DNA of 64,000 bases from Ruditapes philippinarum (lineage: Eukaryota), in contig NW_026855127.1 of NCBI RefSeq assembly GCF_026571515.1, positions 124,001-188,000 of the forward strand, given 5' to 3'. Position 1 is the stretch's first letter. Each line of letters starts with the position of its first letter. A program made the translations under genes and the position numbers. Shown piece after piece: positions 13,701-25,700 of this stretch. Under the pieces are notes generated by a model. That model made no database searches, was not told where the DNA came from, and saw only the letters and a list, made by a program, of their open reading frames with translations.

Positions 13701-16700
13701 CATTTTTTAATCGTGTATAGATTTCGTTTTCTTTCACAATTATTGTATTTTTCATCAAAATGTCATTTAAAATTAATAAACAAAAGAAAAAGAAATTAAA
13801 ACTGTTGTCGTTCACATAACATAATTCACGTTGTATGTAAATGGGAAATCTGAATTATACACGCAGAAAATACATTACTAACGCGTTGTACAAATAAGAA
13901 TAATATTCAGTTTCAACATCAAACATGTCACAGAAAGTTATAATTGACAGTTATTTATGAACATGAATTTTAGATTTTGACGGTCTTAACCGCGGAAATA
14001 ATATTTTATTTTCCTCAGAGCATCCAGATTGTGGATTGCCAGATTGGGATCAGGTTTACAGATGTTATGAAGGCAGTGTCCGGTTTGCCTCACCAGAACT
14101 ATGGCAAATACCGCATTCGGCACATAAATATCGTTTTCTGTACCAACCATCAATTGAAGACGGATACATGCCTAACATTAAAGTTACCTTTGAAGTGTTT
14201 GACGTAAGCTGCAATACAGGTAATATTTTCATAATAGAAAGTGTGTGTGCATTTAGATTAATACATTAATGAAATTTAACTAAACTATGCAATAAATGAA
14301 AGATAAAAATGTAAATGCTTCTTGCTTTTGCTTACATCATTTACAGGCAATTTCTTCAGAGCAATTGGGTAACTATATGCTAATTCAAGTTAATGCCGAT
14401 ACACTTTCATTATTATTTGGGAAAAATCCAATTGGAATTTCCTGTAATTCCCCCAGACAAATTGTAAAAATAGCATTTTTGGTAGCAGAAAAGGTAACAA
14501 TACCATACAATGAAGGCAAGTATTTCTAATTTACCTAAAATATATCGTGTAAATGGTTTTTTACGTGTTTAGGACTCGGAAAATGTAAATTGTATAAAGC
14601 ACATGATGCAAATGCTGGAAGTTTAGTGATTATTATTCATAATGTCTGAGAAGAAAACAAACACCACAATGCTTATATCAAATTGTAAACATTGGGATTC
14701 ATATGATAAATGTATCTTTGTTTTATCACGTTGCAGATTCAAGTTTCACAATAAAGGGACGTTGGATCAACACTGAAATTTGCAACCGCAATAAACCTCA
14801 GAGAGCCATGCTCTTACGTCTAGAGATGGAAATAACATTCACTGTTGCAACAAACAGGGAGCCATACTACCCTTTGGAAGGATTTCAAATACTTGCGCAA
14901 CAAATAAATAGAGAAAATAGTTCCAAGATTCCATCGCCTTCTTTCTTCGACAATGTAGTTTTTGAATGCTTTGGTAAGCATCGATCAACTTGTCGAAATA
15001 AAATTTAAAATGTTCTTAAAGTATCCATTTAATAGTTTTCATTTTGCACATAAACCCTATTTCAGGTTATAATTTAGTAGCTTCGCATTTTTGTTACACC
15101 AGAATCCAAATCTGGTCGCCACCAGTTTAATATTTTTCTTTTTGCATATAAACCTATTTTATATTAAGTAGCTCCGCATTTTCGTCATACCAGATTCTTA
15201 ATTCTGGATACAAGAGAACAAACATCGTCTTAAACCATTTTATAAGTAAATTGAAAAAAAAAGAATTTATGTCTCGAAAAAATAGAACAAAACTAAAGAG
15301 GAACAGGTCATGATGGTAATTTTCTTCCTTCTGGAAATTTATTGAATTAGTTTGACAATTGGCTTATGTGTTTATAAACGCCCTGCAAACTAGATTGATG
15401 ATTTGTTATTACACAAATAGAGGAAAGAAGTTGTTTTTGTCGTCTTTTTCTTCTGTTGTGGCAGCCTTCCCAGGACCATTATTTAAGTGTAACTTTTAAT
15501 TGTAAGCTTAATATTTATAACAAACACTCGCCATACATATCTTTGTATGGTTATGTTGTATGTATGTATTCATTGCATGTAAACAATAAGTGTAAGTCTA
15601 GAAAATAAAAGATCACTTCTGTTCTGTTTAACTGATGGATGTCTGATAAATCATTTGATAATATCTTAAGTTTCAAAATCTGTCTTATATAGATCCCCCT
15701 TGTGCTGAGGTGTTGCCTTTTAGGGTTGAGGCAACAGAATTGCAGCCACCGTTCATCCATGCGTGATCGTAAGGTACGACTAAATGGGTTCGAAATGCAG
15801 GTGTCTATGCATCTCTTAACTCAAGCAGGTGAGGTGATGAGCCCCTGATGTTTCTTAAAGTTTATTACACCCGAGGTTAGCCAAATCCATCTTTTCTGAT
15901 TCGGCATTTTAGGGCCTAAATTGTGATAGTGCCCCGTGAAAAATGTTGACAAACTAATGTAAGGAACAATCTGATAATGTGCTATACGATAAGCATGTGT
16001 TTGCCAAACTTTTATGCGACCATATTTACGTATGTCTAAAACAATTGATTTCACTTACAGGAAGAAGAAACATTGTATTTATCTTGATTCAACTTGATCG
16101 ACTCGTTTTTCTTTTGTAGATGAAGATTGCTTCTACTTAGTTCTGCGTCCTGAAAAAGAGTGTAAGTTTAATATCACGTTGACATGATTTTCTTTAGTGT
16201 ATATGATATTTTAATTTCAATTAAATTTTTTGTCACATTAGGCATATTCTCTGACAAATGTGTCATTTTTACGATAGAGAGTACAATATGTAATTATTGA
16301 TAATTATTTTTTAAATTGAAAATATCTACATATTTCTTATTTACACCTCAGTGTGTGTTGACCAGTTTTCCAAATGCTACACGTTGTATTCGTTGCCGAC
16401 TGTATCGTTGATGTCTTCATGGTCAAATGCTGCTGTATATTGTGAAAAACGCGGCGGATATTTGCTTTCATTGCAAAGCAAGGAGGAAATGAAGTATTTA
16501 CAAATGATATTGTTAGAATTAAGTGCATTTACTCCGATGCTAGGATTTAGATCTCGATCTGCATATCTTGGTTTGTCATATTTGTTATGTGATCTCTTTA
16601 TTTTAGTTTTCTCTACATATTACATTAAGTTCTTTTAAGCGGCCTCAAACTTTTGTTGTTTTTGTTGTTCTTGGAAAAACAATTGTGTGATGTTTCAAAC

Positions 16701-19700
16701 TAAGTGTATCCGTAATTTTATTATTATACAACAACAATCTTCAAAACAGCGTCAGAGACGTTCGTTTCTAAAAATAGAAGAAACAAATCATCCGGTTTAC
16801 TTATTAGATATATAGAGGAGCGGTAGATTAGATGTAAAGAGAGGTTTCCTTGTGTCTTGTGTATTTTATTGTCGGCAGATTTCATTTTTCACCTTTATTC
16901 TTTTAATTTGACAATCATATGAAACAATTTATCTACAAATAATATTCTTAACCTTAAGAAAATCTGAAGGTCAATTAAACTAATAAGTAAGAATATTGAA
17001 CTATAATTTTAGCATATATTGCTTAAAATTTTTCAACAACAAAATTAGATGTTACCTTGGTGATTAAAAATTGTACTTTAGATGACTCGGCACCGACATG
17101 CATAAGAGGTCTATGTCCCCATATATTAATATAAAATTGTGTTGTATTTAATCAAACTTGATAATTGTCTTGATGGACAAGAGAACTTTTCATTATTATT
17201 TTTTCTGTGTTGATAAAAAATAATTTCTTTTCGTTGATTTTAAATTATATTCCCTGCAGGACTATCACGATACTTCAATAGTGAGGGAGCGATTGAGGAA
17301 CGCTGGGCAGATGGATCGCCTTTAACATTCACAGCTTGGTGACTTCTTTCTCTTTTATTCATGTCAATTTTTTACCATTTTAAGTAACCGTTTATATCTG
17401 TATTTGTAATTAGTTAATCATTGTTTTTAATGTAATTTATGTGATAAAATGTCTTATCAAATGCTACATGCTTTATAAAGAGGGAACAGTATATTGGTCA
17501 TAAAAATTTAAACCTATTGAATAATTTACATTTAATAAAGTAGAGATTAACTTATTTGAATGATAAAAGTTGTCAACACTTAACCTGCTGAAACAAATAA
17601 TTTACAGTAATAAGCCTTTGACAAAACTATAGAGCCAGATCAGCCAACACATTCATGGAATCAGATCAGGCACTACACTGTTGGAAATGTTTGAAAACTG
17701 AAAAATGTCTGTTTGGTTTGTTTGTTGTTGGTTTGTGTGTATGTGTTTTTTTTAAAGCTAGGCAAAATTTATGAGCTTCTTTTCAAGCTAAGGAGTGATT
17801 CATGTCAAGTGAAGCCAAAATCATTTTCGTTAATTTTAACATTCTTAATAAATAGGTTTGTACGAGATGACTCTTTAAGTGTGCAGTTTAAAGGTGTCGA
17901 AGCGGTGAGCGGAAGTACGAATTGTACAATTTTACATTTTGGTAACGTAGAAAATGATAAACTTTGGTACAGGATTCCTTGCTCGGAGGAAGTTTATTAC
18001 TTTGTATGTGAAGAAAGGTTTCATTTTAATATATCTACTGACGTAGATATAGGTAAGTGTTTTAATAGGTTGAATTTGGTAATTATAATTATTTTGTATC
18101 TATTAGTAACATCCAATCATTGCTTTTAAAGTGTAACACGTGACCATCTCGCATATATTTAATCAGTTACAGCATAATAAAAGCATAATTCCCCCTTTCT
18201 ACAGATTATGATATTTACTTATTTCTGAGAAATAATGTGCCTTTCAATTGACTTGTTCATCCTTCTATCTGGAGAAAACCATTCTTCGGCTTTAGGGAAA
18301 TAATAATTTTGGGTATAATTGTAAATTGGTCCAAAATTATATTATTGCAAACAAATTGAAATCTTGGATGTCGTTGACATAAATCAAATAATATAGATAA
18401 CATCTGTGATACTCATGATTGTTACTTAAAAACTAGAGAAGCAACAGTAAATAATAAATACACACGTAAATAAATTATACAAAGCAGATCCCTTTTTTTC
18501 GTAACAATTTTCTGATATATTGTAAGGTTTTGCTGTTACTACTGAGACCATCCAGAAATATAAAAAGTATAAAGACCTTAAGCTTCCAAAATAGAGAACG
18601 TCTAAGATTGTTTTGTTCCTATAATTTGAAAATAAGTTATCTCATTATAGATATAGATGCGAGGGAATATCCTGATACTGGAACGGACCTATATGATATC
18701 AGGCATATGCTATTTGAATGTTCCGAAGATGAGTTTGTATCTCCACTCTCAGTTTGTAACGGTGTTGTTGAGTGTTCGAACAACGAAGACGAACTTCACT
18801 GCAAAGGTAAGTTTTGACCGCCGATGTAAGTTATTAGTCATGCTATATTTGTTCAATTAAATACAAAATTATAATAAAAATAGTGTACAACACAGAAAAA
18901 GAACACAGGAAAACAAACACAACGCGTTTGTATTAATTTATTTCAGAGTGTGTTGAGATTGCAAATAAAAATTTATCATTTTTAGTGAAGATGGACGTAA
19001 AATAACCTCCTCACATCGTTCATATTGCGTTCTTACGTAATTTTTGTTGCTATTGCCTGCGCTTTTATGGTTGGTTATGTGCTTTATGCCGCGCTCACAA
19101 AGAAAAGCGAATAATTTTATTTGCACTACATATAAGCGCATTTGCGACACAGTGACGTTCGGATTCAAAGTATTGCTTACAAGCAAAAAACAAAATTACT
19201 ATGTATATTGAAACTACCCAATGAACGTATTAGAGACACGGTGGCATATGAATAAAATGTATTGCTTACAAACAAACGATAAAGTTTCTGTTCTAAATTC
19301 TCTTTTGCTTAACAATTATTATATATTGCCATACATTTCAGAAAAAAGAAATTGCACCAAAAACTATTTCCAATGCACGGATGGCGAATGTATTCATTCC
19401 AGTAGAGTATGTGACTTTAGACAGGATTGTGCTGACAATTCCGATGAATATTGTGGTACAACTTCTTACTTTCTATTTTTAGATTTCTATTTTTTGAAGG
19501 GTTTCAGCCGCTTATGAGATTTTATAAAGTGTGTTTGATTTAAAGCAGCATGCCTCAAGATTTGTGATAATTGTTACGAAAATTTTGAAGAAAAAAACAT
19601 ATTTAAGTTAAAATATTAGCGACTGTTAACCATGAAAGTAGTTTTGCGCACTGCAAACTGCAACTTACAACCAAAGTTAGTATCAAAAAAATTGATTGAA

Positions 19701-22700
19701 ACTAAAATAGTCCTTTCATGCAGTAGAAAAATGTTGAAAAATATTCGAAATCAGTCATTACATGTCATCTCTTACCTTAATCGTGAATCTTTTATTATAA
19801 TATTTTTCATTAAATCTTTGCATATTTTTCTCAATTTTATTTAGACATACAGCTTTAATGTATGGTCGGATTCAACGATTCAACGATATTTTAGTAATGT
19901 TTCGTTGCTAAAATGGGAAATTGCATCTGCTTCCATTGCATATGTAATCATAATAGAATGCAATGTATGAAGACTGTTGCTTGTTATTTTTGGACGCACC
20001 TTGTATTGTTCTTGTCATAAGAATCGTTTTTTTATGTCGGTTTTCTCGTTTTTGTTTAACAACTTTTTCTTTGAGCAAATTGTAGCTTTCTAGGGATGAA
20101 TAGCTCTTGTCGTTGGTTACAACATTTATAAGATGAATGTATGATTGGTTGGTGGGGCTATACATTGCACCAATACTGCAAAGGTCTGAAGGAAGACCTT
20201 AGCTGCCCCTTAGTGCATTGTTTCAGGCACGAGTGGGCACTTAAGTAGAACCACCGACGATACCTTAGTTAGCTGAATAGTTTCCTCCCATGAAACAGTT
20301 TGAAGTCAACGGGCTTAATCACTAGGCGAATGACGCCCAACGCGTGTACTTTAGCGTTGTTGTTGTTGTTTTATGTTTGTTTTATTTTTAATTTGCACGG
20401 TTTTCATGGTAAAACATCGAATATAGTAATTTATTTCATGCTTTCCACTGTTTTATTGCAATATATCAGATGATTTTATTCTGATAAACCATGAGTGAAA
20501 TTTATAAAATATAATTTTCACTGTAGCCGGACAATATCTGAATGCGGATGAAAAGAAAATCAAACTTAAACGGAATAACAGGCAAAAATAAATGCTGTCA
20601 TGCGTAAATTTTGCTTCTTTAAGAAAAGAAGGTCGATGTCACCATACACCATATTAAAAATGTAACAAAATTAAAGAAATTTAACAGAACTTTATTTCAA
20701 AATTGATGATGTGACATCATGATGTGATGACGTCACAAAAGAGAATGCACGACGTTACGCAGCGAAAGCAGTAAAAAAAATACTTAAAACCACTTAAAAA
20801 GAAAATTGATTTGTTATACATATAAGAAATATATTTCATTCGTGAACACAAGCTATTATAGTTTAACTCGCGGCTACGCCACTTGTGAAAATATTGCATC
20901 TGGTGTTCACTCAATGAAATTATATTTCAATCATACATGCAAAACAAATAATTTTCTCTATTGAATTATGAACGAAAGCAATTTTCAGTATTTGTGCATC
21001 ATTGAAATAATAAACAGTAAGATAAATAACCCATTAAAACAATCTAAATATTAAGCAAATTAATGTTATTAAATTGTATATGTGAATATAATGGTTTAAC
21101 GCTAAACTATATTATGTTTTTACAATTCAATAATACATGTACCAAAGAAAAAGTCAATATTTTTACAGATTACCAGGCCTGTTCACTGGCAACGGAATTT
21201 GAGTGCAAAAACTACCAATGTATTCCAAAGTACCAGGCTTGTGACGCTGTCCCACATTGTGTAGACGGTAGCGACGAGAAAGACTGTGGTAATATTTACT
21301 TATGAAAATCAGAATGTAGCAATTCAGATAAGACTTTATAACCAGTATCAACACCTTTTCTTGTATAAAGATAATAATTCACACAAATGATTATTCTATT
21401 TTTAGACCATGCGCACATACATAGCTTGATTAATAAATCAAATAAAGCGGGAAAATACAATTAATCAATTAACTTTATTGTATAAAGAACATTATTTACA
21501 GCAATACCAATGTTAGTAATAACAAAAACAAAAGGCCTGAAACAATCGTCTGGGATACAAGTGATGATTTTATTGAATAAATGATTTTAAAACCTTATCT
21601 TAAAATTATCATATTGTTTTCAGCAAACTGCAACATAAGTGTATCCTTTCCGTGTATAGACAAACGCTGCATTCCAAGGGAACTTCTTTTTGACAATCAT
21701 CCAGACTGCTTAAATGGCGAAGACGAAGATTATGGTAGAAGCTTTTACGAACTTCATTCGTGTGATGATGTGCTTCTTGCTGGTATCTGGGAATCTGGAA
21801 TATATTATATAGGTCAGTAATTAAACATTTTCGTGGTTTAGTTTTGAATTATTTAACCCGAAGTTAACGGAAATGCCATTTACTTGCACTTACGTTCCAA
21901 AGTTGTTTATGAACATGCTCAATCAAACCGAGCTTGCAACAGTTTCAATATTGCCGTTTTAGGCGTAATTTATGGATTGCTTTTTCACTTTTGCCACATC
22001 AGTGGTATAAGTGCCGTGTGAAAGCCTTGACAAGTTGCACGTATATTTAATTAAAGATGTCATATTTTCGATCTTTGAATATTGTTCAGCACAGGTTTGT
22101 GGTATTTTTAATTTCTTCTATATTGACCTTTTTCAGTTTGGGTGATTTTAGCATTCTTACTTAAATGCTGTATAATCACCCTTGGTGCCTGCTTTTCAAA
22201 ATTGTCTTTTGTCGTCTTGTCTGTGATGTGCAGGCTTCATAACCGTTGATCCCCTTTCAAAATTATTTGTGTTAGTTCTGCCAATTGTTATCTTGTTAAG
22301 GGCACACGCTTTCCTTACCTTGGGGACCAAACTCCGCTTTTCATGGAATAACACTCAAATGTCACATTCAAGGTTTCATGATGACCGTCGTTATCCGAAC
22401 CTGCAATATTTGCTATTTTGTCGTTTTGGGTGTTTTTTATGGATTCCGTTTTTCTCTATTTTACCTAGGAAATAATCATGTATACTACACATAAAATAAT
22501 AGCTAGTTTGATAGTCGTCCATAAAATATAAGTCGACACTTTAACATGAGTTGCTAAAGTTTATTTGAGTATTTCAATTATAATTGACGAATCAGGCGAT
22601 GTCATACAATTTGTTCACTTCGTATAACCTGTTTTTAGAATATAGATTTTTGTTTGCAAATGTAGAACGAAACTGATATCAATTAACCTTATTCTTATGT

Positions 22701-25700
22701 TTCAATGATTTCAGATACTCTTTACAATTTGAAAACCTTACTTAAAAGTACAGTTTGATTGTCAGCAGACCTGTTTTTTCTTCATTAATATTTAAACCCG
22801 ATCGATCAAAATAAAGTCGAAACGAAATTGAACCATGTTATGTTTCTAAAAGTAGAAAAGAAGAATCATATCGTCAGCGAATAAAAACAATATGAGTGTC
22901 AAGTCTGCTTTTTGTAAATTATCTTGTAGCTACCAGATGGACGGAGTGTATATTTGACTTTGACAATCAAACAATCACGATGACTATTTCAAATATAGAT
23001 TGGAGTCCCGGTTTCGAAGATAGAAGTATTTACTTGATCCCGTCAATGTTAGACTATAATGGTTACATCTGTTATCAGACGGTAAGGTCGTCTAAATGAT
23101 TTCCTCATAAAATTACAGAACGAAACAGATTTTTTTATCATCAAGGCCTTTATAGTTTCTGTTTCAGTAACGCCCCAAAGTTAGTTTTAGTCGCGTTTTG
23201 TAGTTTTTGTTTTAATCACTTTCTGTGATTGTTTCAACCACGTTCTGTTATTTTAGTTTCAATCACGTTCTGTTATCTAAGTATCAAATCACTTCATATT
23301 ACGTTTGTTTAAATCACGTGTTTTTGTTTCAATCACGTTGTGAATTGTTTTGTTATTATCTTTGTAACAGTTCCATCTAGATTTACCGATAAGCAGAACT
23401 ATGCTTAGTCAAGACAATAGTCTCTCTGAATGGAAGGAAAAGAGTATCAAACTTATTGGTAACAGCACAGAGGCCATTCTAAGAGGGTATACTTTTCTTT
23501 TAACCAATGAACTTCTTAAATTGTTTTTTTAATTAGATTTTTGGAACTGATCACAGCAATATTGGGGATACAAAGATGAAAAGTTTGTCAACAAACTGTA
23601 AATAGCTTTGTCAGTCTGCATGTATGTGCAGGGTGATCTGATTTATCGCTAATGGCAAACACTAATCACTAGGTCCATGGTTTACGCTTCATAGTTTTAA
23701 ACTCACACCGAGTAAATATTAAAAGACTTTTTAAACTATAAGGATTAGCCGATACAGTGCAGGAAATTAGGAACGTGTCTTTAAAATTTCAAAATAAATA
23801 AAAGTAAAAAGATCGATTGTTGTATGTCAGTTAAAGGGGCACGAGGGATGTTGCACTTATTTATTATCCCTCATGTACAGACTTAATCAAACCGAGTCTG
23901 CAATTTTTATGTAATTTTATTGTGATTAATGCTTCCGAGGGATCACTTTGTTTCCAGATTTTTATTTTGTATATTCTCTTCTTGAATGGGTTGGCCTTAT
24001 ATCATTCTTTATCGGTATCGGCTCGAATCCTTTATTGTACATTAAAATTGTTTATTTCAAATTGTTTGATCAATAATTAAAAGAACAAACGGTCAGTCTG
24101 AGATAAATCCTGTCTGGTTCCGTACCGACACTGTATTATTGTATTTAAGAACGCTAATAAACCGAGATGAATTCACTGGAAATGTGCAAGTCTCATTTGG
24201 TACGAATTACAATCGACAGAAATTAGCATTTGGAATTGGGCCAATCACCTGTGTTAAAAGTGAGTACAATGCTGAATTAAAGAAATACTGGATACATAAC
24301 ATTTAAAGATGAAACGCGCATCTCGGTTAAAGCCTTTTTAACGGTCACTTATAAATAAATTCTAAAATTCTAATTAAAGCAATTTAATTTACATGTAGGA
24401 GCTCATTCTTTTATAACAGCCTTTGATTAAAGAAATTGACGTTGATAGTCTTTACTTACTTTGTAACTATAACATTTATCACACACCCGTGTCGATTTTG
24501 CGACTCCGTAAATATGGTATTGCACGGCCGTGCATATATTTTGACGTGACGTCGTTAGCGTTATACAAACATAGTGTAAAGTTGCGCTAAATGTTACCGT
24601 TATACTATAGGCGCGTCGATGTAAAATGACTCTTATTTCACTTTTAACGGTCTTTATTTTGGGTATGTGATAAATAGAATATTAAATTCGTGTAAGTTCA
24701 TTTCTGAATTTATTGCACTCGTTGAATGAAATAATATTATATTTATTAATAATATAATTTATTCAACTTATGCAATAAATTCAGTATTGAACTTACACTC
24801 ATTCACTATCCTATATGTATTTTACTAGATTTGACAGACGGCATCCGAACGAACTTGATTGTACCAGAATACATTTCTGCACACGTGACTAAAGGGACCG
24901 AATGGAGGAATTTAACTTCTTGCGGCCTTCTAGCTAAACCAATATTTACAAAAAGATCATGTGTATTTGATGTTGACGGGCAAAAACCAGTTGAAGGTTG
25001 CAGATCACTTGAGCATCTTCAAAATTGTGGTATGGTACAAGCAAGTGCTGGCAGATACCAGTTCCTTTGTTTGGTTGTTTGTTTGATTACGACTTAAACA
25101 CATTTTTTGGAATTATCACTGCGACCGGTCTACTTAACAAACAAACTGTATAACTTACCACTGATACCTAATTTCTCTGAAAGTGACCAAAAATAATCCC
25201 AAATGGTTACTTCACCAGTGAGAGACAAATTACCATCAGACTCTCTGTCCGAGATCCATTAAAGCCTCGTCCCACAATTGAACAAGAGACCCTTAAATTA
25301 CTTTACAATACTGAATTAAATATGTTAACAATAAGTTAAAATATTTAAATAAGTAGTACTTTTATGCATACATAAAATTGTGCTTCATATATTAGTAAAA
25401 TGAATGAATAATTATAATCTAAAAATTTGATGATATGTCAAATCATCTGATGATGCCGATTAGAATAAATCTTTAAAACGATTTGGATAAGTCGCTGATC
25501 TCAATCATTACTTTTGTTATCATCAGTACATACAGATATGTGTTGATCTGTTCCCTATTATGTGTAATTTTATGTTTTGCAGAATTTATCAACTGCGAAC
25601 CGCATTATTTTAAATGCCCCGGAAGCTTTTGTATACCATATCATTTTGTATGTGACGGTCGGATTCATTGTCCAGATTCATTTGACGAAAGAAATTGTTG

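Noticed and set aside
13974-14018. Alternative upstream in-frame acceptor for the CUB2 exon
   Set aside because: Possible, but the site at 14018 has the stronger pyrimidine tract. It cannot be resolved without RNA data.
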